From NCBI GenBank assembly GCA_030390025.1, contig JASTWF010000325.1:496001-542132 (forward strand): 46,132 nucleotides of DNA, read 5' to 3'. The position numbers and the translations under genes were made by a program. How positions within the stretch are numbered: position 1 is the stretch's first letter; each line of letters opens with the position of its first letter. The notes under the pieces were generated by a model. The model was not told the DNA's origin and ran no database searches. It saw only the letters and a list, made by a program, of their open reading frames with translations. This DNA is from Squalus acanthias (lineage: Eukaryota). Positions 1-15,000 of this stretch are shown here, piece by piece.

Positions 1-3000
1 TGAGACACAGTGTGAATGAGACACAGTGTGAATGCGACACAATGTGAATGGACACAGTGTGAATGAACACAGTGTGAATGAGACACAGTTGTGAATGAGG
101 ACACAGGTGAATGGACCAGTGGAATGGACACAGATGTGAATGAGACACAGTGTGGAATGGGACACAGTGTGAATGAGACACAATGTGAATGAGACACAGG
201 TGTGAATGAGACACAGTGTGAATGAGACCACAATGTGAATGAGACACAATGTGAATGGGACACAGTGTGAATGAGACACAATGTGAATGGACACATGTGA
301 ATGGGACACAAGTGTGAATGAGACACAGTGTGAATGAGACACAGTGTGAATGAGACACAATGTGAATGAGACACAGTGTGAATGGGACCCACAGTGTGAA
401 TGAGACACCAGTGTGAATGGGACACAGTGTGAATGAGACACAGTGTGAATGAGAGCACAGTGTGAATGGGACACAGTGTGAATGAGACACAGTGTGATGA
501 GGACACAGTGTGAATGGGACACAGTGTGAATGAGACACAGTGTGAATGAGACACAGTGTGAATGAGACACAGTGTGAATGGACACAATGTGAATGAGACA
601 CAGTGTGAATGAGACACAGTGTGAATGGACACAGTGTGAATGAGACACAGTGTGAATGAGACACAGTGTGAATGAGACACAGTGTGAATGAGACACAGTG
701 TGAATGAGACACAGTGTGAATGAGACACAATGTGAATGGGACACAGTGTGAATGAGACACAGTGTGAATGAGACACAGTGTGAATGAGACACAGTGTGAA
801 TGGGACACAGTGTGATGAGACACAATGTGAAGGGACACAGTGTGAATGAGACACAAGTGAATGGGACACAGTGTGAATGAGACACAGTGTGATGAGACAC
901 AGTGTGAATGAGACACAGTGTGAATGAGACACAGTGTGAATGGGACACAGTGTGAATGGACACAGTGTGAATGAGGCACAATGTGAATGAGACACAGTGT
1001 GAATGAGACACAGTGTGAATGAGACACAGTGTGAATGAGACACAGTGTGAATGAGACACATTAGTGAATGAGACACAAGTGTGAATTGAGACACAATGTG
1101 AATGGGACACAGTGTGAATGAGACACAGTGTGAATGAGACACAGTGTGAATGAGACACAGTGGAATGAGACACAGTGTGAATGAGACACAGTGTGAATGA
1201 GGACACAGTGTGAATGAGACACAGTGTGAATGAGACACAGTGTGAATGAGACACAGTGTGAATGAGACACAATGTGAATGAGACACAGTGTGAATGGGCA
1301 CAGTGTGAATGAGGACACAGTGTGAATGGGGACACAATGTGAATGAGGACACAGTGTGAAGGGACACAGTGTGAATGAGACACAGTGTGAATGAGACACA
1401 ATGTGAATGAGACACAGTGTGAATGAGACACATGTGAATGAGACACAGTGTGAATGAGACACAGTGTGAATGAGACACAGTGTGAATGAGACACAGTGTG
1501 AATGGGACACAGTGTGAATGAGACACAATGTGAATGGGACACAGTGTGAATGAGGACACAATGTGAATGGGACACAGTGTGAATGAGACACAGTTTGAAT
1601 GAGACACAGTGTGAATGGGACACAGTGTGAATGAGACACAGTGTGAATGAGACACAAGTGAATGGGACACAGTGTGAATGGGACACAGTGTGAATGAGAC
1701 ACAGTGTGAATGAGACACAGTGTGAATGAGACACAGTGTGAATGAGACACAGTGTGAATGAGACACAGTGTGAATGAGACACAGTGTGAATGAGACACAA
1801 TGTGAATGGGACACAGTGTGAATGGGACACAGTGTGAATGGGACACAGTGTGAATGAGACACAGTGTGAATGAGACACAGTGTGAATGAGACACAGTGTG
1901 AATGAGACACAATGTGAATGGGACACAGTGTGAATGAGACACAGTGTGAATGGGACACAATGTGAATGAGACACAGTGTGAATGAGACACAAAGTGAATG
2001 AGACACAGTGTGAATGAGACACAATGTGAATGGGACACAGTGTGAATGGGACACTGTGTGAATGAGACACCACGTGAATGAGACACAGTGTGAATGAGAC
2101 ACAGTGTGAATGAGACACAGTGTGAATGAGACACAAATTGAATGAGACACATTGTGAATGAGACACAATATGAATGGGACACAGTGTGAATGGGACACAG
2201 TGTGAATGGGACACAGTGTGAATGAGACACAATGTGAATGGGACACAGTGAGAATGAGACACAGTGTGAATGAGACACAGTGTGAATGGGACACAGTGTG
2301 AATGAGACACAATGTGAATGAGACACAGTGTGAATGAGACACAATGTGAATGGGACACAGTGTGAATGAGACACAATGTGAATGGGACACAGTGTGAATG
2401 GGACACAGTGTGAATGGGACACAGTGTGAATGGGACACAGTGTGAATGGGACACTGTGTGAATGAGACACAATGTGAATGGGACACAGTTGAAAGGGACA
2501 CACTGTGAATGAGACACAGTGTGAATGAGACACAGTGTGAATGGGACACAGTGTGAATGGGACACAATGTGAATGGGACACAGTGTGAATGGGACACAGT
2601 CTGAATGGGACACAGTCTGAATGGGACACAATGTGAATGGGACACAATGTGAATGGGACACAGTGTGAATGGGACACAGTGTGAATGGGACACAGTGTGA
2701 ATGAGACACAGTATGAATGAGACACAATGTGAATGGGACACAATGTGAATGAGACACAGTGTGAATCGGACACGGTGTGAATGAGACACAGTGTGAATGA
2801 GACACAATGTGAATGGGACACAATGTGAATGAGACACAATGTGAATGGGACACAGTGTGAATGGGACACAGTGTGAATGAGACACAATGTGAATGGGACA
2901 CAATGTGAATGAGACACAGTGTGAATGGGACACGGTGTGAATGAGACACAGTATGAATGAGACAGAGTGTGAATGAGACACAGTGTGAATGAGACACAGT

Positions 3001-6000
3001 GTGAATGAGACACAATGTGAATGAAACACAGTGTGAATGGGACACAATGTGAATGAGACACAGTGTGAATGAGACACAATGTGAATAAAAAACAGTGTGA
3101 ATGAGACACAGTGTGAATGAGACACAGTGTGAATGAGACACAGTGTGAATGAGACACAGTGTGAATGGGACACAGTGTGAATGAGACACAGTATGAATGA
3201 GACACAATGTGAACGGGACACAGTGTGAATGAGACACAGTCTGAATGAGACACAATGTGAATGGGACACAGTGTGAATGAGACACAGTATGAATAAGACA
3301 CAATGTGAATGGGACACGATGTGAATGAGACACAGTGTGAAAGAGACACAGTGTGAATGAGACATAGTTTGAATGAGACACAGTGTGAATGGGACACAGT
3401 GTGAATGAGACACAGTCTGAATGAGACACAGTGTGAATGGGACACAGTGTGAATGAGACACAGTGTGAATGGGACACAGTGTGAATGAGACACAATGTGA
3501 ATGAGACACAGTGTGAATGGGGCACAGTGTGAATGAGAAACAGTGTGAATGGGACACAATGTGAATGAGACACAATGTGAATGGGACACAGTGTGAATGA
3601 GACACAGTGTGAATGAGACACAATGTGAATGAGACACAGTGTGAATGAGACACAGTGTGAATGAGACACAGTGTGAATGAGACACAGTGTGAATGGGACA
3701 CAGTGTGAATGAGACACAGTGTGAATGGGACACAGTGTGAATGAGACACAATGTGAATGAGACACAGTGTGAATGGGACACAGTGTGAATGAGAAACAGT
3801 GTGAATGGGACACAATGTGAATGAGACACAGTGTGAATGGGACACAGTGTGAATGGGACACAGTGTGAATGAGACACAGTGTGAATGGGACACAGTGTGA
3901 ATGGGACACAGTGTGAATGGGACACAGTGTGAATGAGACACAGTGTCACTGGGACACAGTGTGAATGAGACACAGTGTGAATGAGACACAGTGTGAATGG
4001 GACACAGTGTGAATGAGACACAGTGTGAATGGGACACAGTGTGAATGGGACACAGTGTGAATGAGACACAGTGTGAATGGGACACAGTGTGAATGGGACA
4101 CAGTGTGAATGGGACACAGTGTGAATGGGACACAGTGTGAATGAGACACAGTGTCACTGGGACACAGTGTGAATGGGACACAGTGTGAATGAGTCACAGT
4201 GTGAATGAGACACAGTGTGAATGAGACACAGTGTGAATGGGACACAGTGTGAATGGGACACAGTGTGAATGAGACACAGTATGAATGGGACACAGTGTGA
4301 ATGAGACACAATGTGAATGTGACACAGTGTGAATGAGACACAATGTGAATGAGACACAGTGTGAATGAGACACAATGTGAATGGGACATAGTGTGAATGA
4401 GACACAATGTGAATGGGACACAGTGTGAATGAGACACAATGTGAATGGGACACATTGTGAATGAGACACAATGTGAATGAGACACAGTGTGAATGAGACA
4501 CAGTGTGAATGGGACACAGTGTGAATGAGACACAGTGTGAATGGGACACAGTGTGAATGGGACACAGTGAGAATGAGACACAGTGTGAATGAGACACAGT
4601 GTGAATGAGACACAGTGTGAATGAGACACAGTGTGAATGGGACACAATGTGAATGGACACAGTGTGAATGAGACACAGTGTGAATGAGACACAATGTGAA
4701 TGAGACACAGTGTGAATGGGACACAGTGTGAATGAGACACAGTGTGAATGAGACACAGTGTGAATGAGACACAATGTGAATGGGACACAGTGTGAATGAG
4801 ACACAATGTGAATGAGACACAGTGTGAATGAGACACAATGTGAATGAGACACAGTGTGAATGAGACACAGTGTGAATGGGACACAGTGTGAATGAGACAC
4901 AATGTGAATGGGACACAGTGTGAATGAGACACAGTGTGAATGAGACACAGTGTGAATGAGACACAGTGTGAATGAGACACAATGTGAATGAGACACAGTG
5001 TGAATGGGACACAGTGTGAATGAGACACAATGTGAATGGGACACAGTGTGAATGAGACACAGTGTGAATGAGACACAGTGTGAATGAGACACAGTGTGAA
5101 TGAGACACAATGTGAATGAGACACAGTGTGAATGAGACACAATGTGAATGGACACAGTGTGAATGAGACACAATGTGAATGAGACACAGTGTGAATGAGA
5201 CACAATGTGAATGGGACATAGTGTGAATGAGACACAATGTGAATGGGACACAGTGTGAATGAGACACAATGTGAATGGGACACAGTGTGAATGAGACACA
5301 ATGTGAATGAGACACAGTGTGAATGAGACACAGTGTGAATGGGACACAGTTTGAATGGGACACAGTGTGAATGAGACACAATGTGAATGAGACACAGTGT
5401 GAATGGGACACAGTGTGAATGAGACACAGTGTGAATGAGACACAATGTGAATGGGACACAATGTGAATGAGACACAGTGTGAATGAGACACAATGAGAAT
5501 GAGACACAATGTGAATGGGACACAATGTGAATGAGACACAATGTGAATGAGACACAATGTGAATGGGACACAGTGTGAATGAGACACAGTGTGAATGGGA
5601 CACAATGTGAATGAGACACAGTGTGAATGAGACACAAAGTGAATGGGACACAGTGTGAATGGGACACTGCGTGAATGAGACACAATGTGAATGAGACACA
5701 GTGTGAATGAGACACAGTGTGAATGAGACACAGTGTGAATGAGACACAAATTGAATGAGACACATTGTGAATGAGACACAATATGAATGGGACACAGTGT
5801 GAATGGGACACAGTGTGAATGGGACACAGTGTGAATGAGACACAATGTGAATGGGACACAGTGAGAATGAGACACAGTGTGAATGAGACACAGTGTGAAT
5901 GGGACACAGTGTGAATGAGACACAATGTGAATGAGACACAGTGTGAATGAGACACAATGTGAATGGGACACAGTGTGAATGAGACACAATGTGAATGGGA

Positions 6001-9000
6001 CACAGTGTGAATGGGACACAGTGTGAATGGGACACAGTGTGAATGGGACACAGTGTGAATGGGACACAGTGTGAATGGGACACTGTGTGAATGAGACACA
6101 ATGTGAATGGGACACAGTTGAAAGGGACACACTGTGAATGAGACACAGTGTGAATGAGACACAGTGTGAATGGGACACAGTGTGAATGGGACACAGTGTG
6201 AATGGGACACAGTGTGAATGGGACACAGTCTGAATGGGACACAGTCTGAATGGGACACAATGTGAATGGGACACAATGTGAAATGGGACACAGTGTGAAT
6301 GGGACACAGTGTGAATGGGACACAGTGTGAATGAGACACAGTATGAATGAGACACAATGTGAATGGGACACAATGTGAATGACTCAGGTGAATGACACAG
6401 TGTGAATGAGACACAGTGTGAATGAGACACAGTGTGAATGAGACACAATGTGAATGGGACACATTGTGAATGAGACACAATGTGAATGGGACACACTGTG
6501 AATGGGACACAGTGTGAATGAGACACAATGTGAATGGGACACAGTGTGAATGAGACACAGTGTGAATGAGACACAGTGTGAATGAGACACAGTGTGAATG
6601 AGACACAGTGTGAATGAGACACAATGTGAATGAGACACAGTGTGAATGGGACACAATGTGAATGAGACACAGTGTGAATGGGATCACAATGTGAATGAGA
6701 CACAGTGTGAATGAGACACAGTGTGAATGAGAAAACAGTGTGAATGAGACACAGTGTGAATGAGACACAGTGTGAATGAGACACAGTGTGAATGAGACAC
6801 AGTGTGAATGGGACACAGTGTGAATGAGACACAGTGTGAATGAGACACAGTGTGAATGGGACACAGTGCTGAATGAGACACAGTGTGAATGAGGACACAG
6901 TGTGAATGAGACACAGTGTGAATGAGACACAGTGTGAATGGGACACAATGTGAATGGGACACAGTGTGAATGAGACACAGCGTGAATGAGACACAGTGTG
7001 AATGGGACACAGTGTGAATGAGACACAGTGTGAATGGGACACAGTGTGAATGAGGACACAGTCTGAATGAGACACAGTGTGAATGGGACACAGTGTGAAT
7101 GAGACACAGTGTGAATGGGACACAGTGTGAATGAGACACCAATGTGAATGAGACACAGTGTGAATGGGCACAGTGTGAATGAGAAACAGTGTGAATGGGA
7201 CACAATGTGAATGAGACACAATGTGAATGGGACACAGTGTGAATGAGACACAGTGTGAATGAGACACAGTGTGAATGAGACACAGTGTGAATGAGACACA
7301 GTGTGAATGAGACACAGTGTGAATGAGACACAGTGTGAATGGGACACAGTGTGAATGAGACACAGTGTGAATGGGACACAGTGTGAATGAGACACAATGT
7401 GAATGGGACACAGTGTGAATGGGACACAGTGTGAATGAGACACAGTGTGAATGGGACACAATGTGAATGAGACACAATGTGAATGGGACACAGTGTGAAT
7501 GGGACACAGTGTGAATGAGACACAGTGTGAATGGACACAGTGTGAATGGGACACAGTGTGAATGGGACACAGTGTGAATGAGACACAGTGTACTGGGACA
7601 CAGTGTGAATGAGACACAGTGTCGAATGGGACACAGTGTGAATGGACACAGTGTGAATGAGACACAGTGTGAATGGGACACAGTGTGAATGGGACACAGT
7701 GTGAATGAGACACAGTGTGAATGGGACACAGTGTGAATGAGACACAGTGTGAATGGGACACAGTGTGAATGGGACACAGTGTGAATGAGACACAGTGTGC
7801 ATGGACACAGTGTGAATGGGACACAGTGTGAATGAGGACACAGTGTGAATGAGACACAGTGTGAATGAGACACAGTGTGAATGGGACACAGTGTGAATGG
7901 GACACAGTGTGAATGAGACACATAGTGAATGGGACACAGTGTGAATGAGACACAGATGTGAATGGACACAGTGTGAATGAGACACAGTGTGAATGGGACA
8001 CAGTGTGAATGAGACACAGTGTGAATGGGACACAGTGTGAATGGGACACAGTGTGAATGAGACACAGTGTGAATGGGACACAGTGTGAATGGGACACAGT
8101 GTGAATGGGACACAGTGTGAATGGGACACAGTGTGAATGAGACACAGTGTGAATGGGACACAAAGTGAATGAGACACAATATGAATGAGACACAGTGTGA
8201 ATGAGACACAGTGTGAATGGGACACAATGTGAATGAGACACAATGTGAATGAGACACAGTGTGAATGAGACACAATGTGAATGAGACATGGTGTGAATGG
8301 GACACAATGTGAATGAGACACAGTGTGAATGGGACACAGTGTGAATGAGACACAATGTGAATGAGACACAGTGTGAATGAGACACAATGTGAATGAGACA
8401 TAGTGTGAATGGGACACAGTGTGAATGAGACACAATGTGAATGAGACATGGTGTGAATGGGACACAGTGTGAATGAGACACAGTGTGAATGAGACACAGT
8501 GTGAATGAGACACAATGTGAATGGGACACAGTGTGAATGAGACACAATGTGAATGAGACACAGTGTGAATGAGACACAGTGTGAATGAGACACAGTGTGA
8601 ATGAGACACAATGTGAATGGGACACAGTGTGAATGAGACACAATGTGAATGGGACACAGTGTGAATGAGACACAATGTGAATGAGACACAGTGTGAATGA
8701 GACACAGTGTGAATGAGACACAATGTGAATGAGACACAGTGTGAATGGGACACAGTGTGAATGGGACACAGTGTGAATGGGACACAGTGTGAATGAGACA
8801 CAATGTGAATGAGACACAGTGTGAATGAGACACAGTGTGAATGAGACACAATGTGAATGAGACACAGTGTGAATGAGACACAATGTGAATGGGACACAGT
8901 GTGAATGAGACACAATGTGAATGAGACACAGTGTGAATGAGACACAATGTGAATGGGACACAGTGTGAATGAGACACAATGTGAATGGGACACAGTGTGA

Positions 9001-12000
9001 ATGAGACACAATGTGAATGTGACACAGTGTGAATGAGACACAATGTGAATGAGACACAGTGTGAATGAGACACAGTGTGAATGGGACACAGTGTGAATGA
9101 GACACAATGTGAATGAGACACAGTGTGAATGGGACACAGTGTGAATGAGACACAGTGTGAATGAGACACAATGTGAGTGAGACACAGTGTGAATGAGACA
9201 CAATGTGAATGAGACACAGTGTGAATGGGACACAGTGTGAATGAGACACAATGTGAATGAGACATGGTGTGAATGGGACACAGTGTGAATGAGACACAGT
9301 GTGAATGAGACACAGTGTGAATGAGACACAATGTGAATGGGACACAGTGTGAATGAGACACAATGTGAATGAGACACAGTGTGAATGAGACACAGTGTGA
9401 ATGAGACACAGTGTGAATGAGACACAATGTGAATGGGACACAGTGTGAATGAGACACAATGTGAATGGGACACAGTGTGAATGAGACACAATGTGAATGG
9501 GACACAGTGTGAATGAGACACAGTGTGAATGAGACACAATGTGAATGAGACACAGTGTGAATGGGACACAGTGTGAATGGGACACAGTGTGAATGGGACA
9601 CAGTGTGAATGAGACACAATGTGAATGAGACACAGTGTGAATGAGACACAGTGTGAATGAGACACAATGTGAATGAGACACAGTGTGAATGAGACACAAT
9701 GTGAATGGGACACAGTGTGAATGAGACACAATGTGAATGAGACACAGTGTGAATGAGACACAATGTGAATGGGACACAGTGTGAATGAGACACAATGTGA
9801 ATGGGACACAGTGTGAATGAGACACAATGTGAATGGGACACAGTGTGAATGAGACACAATGTGAATGAGACACAGTGTGAATGAGACACAGTGTGAATGG
9901 GACACAGTGTGAATGGGACACAGTGTGAATGAGACACAATGTGAATGAGACACAGTGTGAATGGGACACAGTGTGAATGAGACACAGTGTGAATGAGACA
10001 CAGTGTGAATGAGACACAATGTGAATGAGACACAGTGTGAATGAGACACAATGTGAATGGGACACAGTGTGAATGGGACACAGTGTGAATGGGACACAGT
10101 GTGAATGAGACACAATGTGAATGGGACACAGTGTGAATGAGACACAGTGTGAATGAGACACAGTGTGAATGGGACACAGTGTGAATGAGACACAATGTGA
10201 ATGAGACACAGTGTGAATGAGACACAATGTGAATGGGACACAGTGTGAATGAGACACAATGTGAATGGGACACAGTGTGAATGGGACACAGTGTGAATGG
10301 GACACAGTGTGAATGGGACACAGTGTGAATGGGACACAGTGTGAATGAGACACAATGTGAATGGGACACAGTGTGAATGGGACACAGTGTGAATGAGACA
10401 CAGTGTGAATGAGACACAGTGTGAATGGGACACAGTGTGAATGGGACACAATGTGAATGGGACACAGTGTGAATGGGACACAGTGTGAATGGGACACAGT
10501 GTGAATGGGACACAATGTGAATGGGACACAATGTGAATGGGACACAGTGTGAATGGGACACAGTGTGAATGGGACACAGTGTGAATGAGACACAGTGTGA
10601 ATGAGACACAATGTGAATGGGACACAATGTGAATGAGACACAGTGTGAATGGGACACAGTGTGAATGAGACACAGTGTGAATGAGACACACGTGTGATGA
10701 GACACAGTGGTGAATGATGACACAGTGTGAATGAGACAGAGTGTGAATGGGACCAGTGTGAAGAGACACAGGTGTGAATGGGACACAGTGATGAATGAGA
10801 CAAGAATGTGAATGAGACACAGTGTGAATGGGACACAGTATGAATGAGACACAGTGTGAATGAGGACACAATCGTGAATGAGACAACAATGTGAATTGGG
10901 TACACAGTGTGAATGAGACACCATTAGTGAATGGAGACACAGTGTGAATGAGGACACAGTGTGAATGAGACACAGTGTGAATGAGACCACAGTGGTGAAT
11001 GAGACACAATGTGAATGAGACACAGCAAGTGAATGGGACACAGTGTGAATGCGACACAGTGTGAATTGAGACACATTGTGAATGACAAATGTGAATGAGA
11101 CACAGTGTGAATGAGACACAGTGTGAATGAGACACAGTGTGAATGAGACACAGTGTGAATGAGACACAGAGTGAATGAGGACACAGTGTGAATGAGACAC
11201 AGTGTGAAAGCGGACACAGTGTGAATGCGACACAGTGACACTGGGACACAGTGTGAATGAAGACCACAGTGACACTGAGGCCACAGTGAGACACAGTGTG
11301 AATGAGACACAGTGTGAATGAGACACAATGTGAATGGGACACAGTGTGAATGGGACACAGTGTGAATGGGACACAGTGTGAATGAGACACAATGTGAATG
11401 GGACACAGTGTGAATGAGACACAGTGTGAATGAGACACAGTGTGAATGGGACACAGTGTGAATGAGACACAATGTGAATGAGACACAGTGTGAATGAGAC
11501 ACAATGTGAATGGGACACAGTGTGAATGAGACACAATGTGAATGGGACACAGTGTGAATGGGACACAGTGTGAATGGGACACAGTGTGAATGGGACACAG
11601 TGTGAATGGGACACAGTGTGAATGAGACACAATGTGAATGGGACACAGTGTGAATGGGACACAGTGTGAATGAGACACAGTGTGAATGAGACACAGTGTG
11701 AATGGACACAGTGTGAATGGGACACAGTGTGAATGGGACACAGTGTGAATGGGACACAGTGTGAATGGGACACAGTGTGAATGAGACACAGTGTGAATGG
11801 GACACAGTGTGAATGAGACACAGTGTGAATGAGACACAGTGTGAATGGGACACAGTGTGAATGGGACACAATGTGAATGGGACACAATGTGAATGGGACA
11901 CAGTGTGAATGGGACACAGTGTGAATGGGACACAGTGTGAATGAGACACAGTGTGAATGAGACACAATGTGAATGGGACACAGTGTGAATGAGACACAGT

Positions 12001-15000
12001 GTGAATGGGACACAGTGTGAATGAGACACAGTGTGAATGAGACACAATGTGAATGGGACACAATGTGAATGAGACACAGTGTGAATGGGACACAGTGTGA
12101 ATGGGACACAGTGTGAATGAGACACAATGTGAATGGGACACAATGTGAATGAGACACAGTGTGAATGGGACACAGTGTGAATGAGACACAGTGTGAATGA
12201 GACACAGTGTGAATGAGACACAGTGTGAATGAGACACAGTGTGAATGAGACACAGTGTGAATGAGACACAGTGTGAATGGGACACAATGTGAATGAGACA
12301 CAGTGTGAATGAGACACAATGTGAATGAGACACAGTGTGAATGAGACACAGTGTGAATGAGACACAGTGTGAATGAGACACAGTGTGAATGAGACACAAT
12401 GTGAATGGGACACAGTGTGAATGAGACACAGTGTGAATGGGACACAGTGTGAATGAGACACAGTGTGAATGAGACACAGTGTGAATGGGACACAGTGTGA
12501 ATGAGACACAGTGTGAATGAGACACAGTGTGAATGGGACACAGTGTGAATGAGACACAGTGTGAATGGGACACAGTGTGAATGAGACACAGTGTGAATGA
12601 GACACAGTGTGAATGGGACACAGTGTGAATGAGACACAGTGTGAATGGACACAGTGTGAATGAGACACAGTGTGAATGAGACACAGTGTGAATGGACACA
12701 GTGTGAATGAGACACAGTGTGAATGGGACACAGTGTGAATGAGACACAGTGTGAATGAGACACAGTGTGAATGGGACACAGTGTGAATGAGACACAGTGT
12801 GAATGGGACACAGTGTGAATGAGACACAATGTGAATGAGACACAGTGTGAATGGGACACAGTGTGAATGAGACACAGTGTGAATGGGACACAGTGTGAAT
12901 GAGACACAGTGTGAATGGGACACAGTGTGAATGAGACACAGTGTGAATGAGACACAATGTGAATGAGACACAGTGTGAATGAGACACAGTGTGAATGAGA
13001 CACAGTGTGAATGAGACACAGTGTGAATGGGACACAGTGTGAATGAGACACAGTGTGAATGGGACACAGTGTGAATGAGACACAGTGTGAATGAGACACA
13101 GTGTGAATGGGACACAGTGTGAATGAGACACAGTGTGAATGGGACACAATGTGAATGAGACACAGTGTGAATGGGACACAGTGTGAATGGGACACAGTGT
13201 GAATGAGACACAGTGTGAATGGGACACAGTGTGAATGGGACACAGTGTGAATGAGACACAGTGTGAATGAGACACAGTGTGAATGGGACACAGTGTGAAT
13301 GAGACACAGTGTGAATGGGACACAGTGTGAATGGGACACAGTGTGAATGAGACACAGTGTGAATGGGACACAGTGTGAATGGGACACAGTGTGAATGAGA
13401 CACAGTGTGAATGGGACACAGTGTGAATGGGACACAGTGTGAATGGGACACAGTGTGAATGGGACACAGTGTGAATGAGACACAGTGTGAATGGGACACA
13501 GTGTGAATGGGACACAGTGTGAATGAGACACAGTGTGAATGAGACACAGTGTGAATGAGACACAGTGTGAATGGGACACAGTGTGAATGGGACACAGTGT
13601 GAATGAGACACAGTGTGAATGGACACAGTGTGACACAGTGTGAATGGGACACAGTGTGAATGGGACACAGTGTGAATGAGACACAGTGTGAATGGGACAC
13701 AGTGTGAATGGGACACAGTGTGAATGGACACAGTGTGAATGAGACACAGTGTGAATGGGACACAGTGTGAATGAGACACAGTGTGAATGGGACACAGTGT
13801 GAATGGACACAGTGTGAATGAGACACAGTGTGAATGGGACACAGTGTGAATGGGACACAGTGTGAATGGGACACAGTGTGAATGGGACACAGTGTGAATG
13901 AGACACAATGTGAATGGGACACAGTGTGAATGAGACACAGTGTGAATGGGACACAGTGTGAATGAGACACAGTGTGAATGAGACACAGTGTGAATGAGAC
14001 ACAGTGTGAATGAGACACAGTGTGAATGAGACACAGTGTGAATGAGACACAGTGTGAATGAGACACAGTGTGAATGGGACACAATGTGAATGAGACACAA
14101 TGTGAATGGGACACAGTGTGAATGGGACACAGTGTGAATGAGACACAATGTGAATGGGACACAATGTGAATGAGACACAGTGTGAATGGGACACAGTGTG
14201 AATGAGACACAGTGTGAATGAGACACAGTGTGAATGAGACACAGTGTGAATGAGACACAGTGTGAATGAGACACAATGTGAATGAGACACAGTGTGAATG
14301 GGACACAATGTGAATGAGACACAGTGTGAATGAGACACAATGTGAATGAGACACAGTGTGAATGAGACACAGTGTGAATGAGACACAGTGTGAATGAGAC
14401 ACAGTGTGAATGAGACACAATGTGAATGGGACACAGTGTGAATGAGACACAGTGTGAATGGGACACAGTGTGAATGAGACACAGTGTGAATGAGACACAG
14501 TGTGAATGGGACACAGTGTGAATGAGACACAGTGTGAATGAGACACAGTGTGAATGGGACACAGTGTGAATGAGACACAGTGTGAATGGGACACAGTGTG
14601 AATGAGACACAGTGTGAATGAGACACAGTGTGAATGGGACACAGTGTGAATGGGACACAGTGTGAATGGAACACAGTGTGAATGAGACACAGCGTGAATG
14701 AGACACAATGTGAATTGGACACAGTGTGAATGAGACACATTGTGAATGGGACACAGTGTGAATGAGACACAGTGTGAATGAGACACAGTGTGAATGGGAC
14801 ACAGTGTGAATGAGACACAGTGTGAATGGGACACAGTGTGAATGAGACACAATGTGAATGAGACACAGTGTGAATGGGACACAGTGTGAATGAGACACAG
14901 TGTGAATGGGACACAATGTGAATGAGACACAATGTGAATGGGACACAGTGTGAATGAGACACAGTGTGAATGAGACACAATGTGAATGAGACACAGTGTG

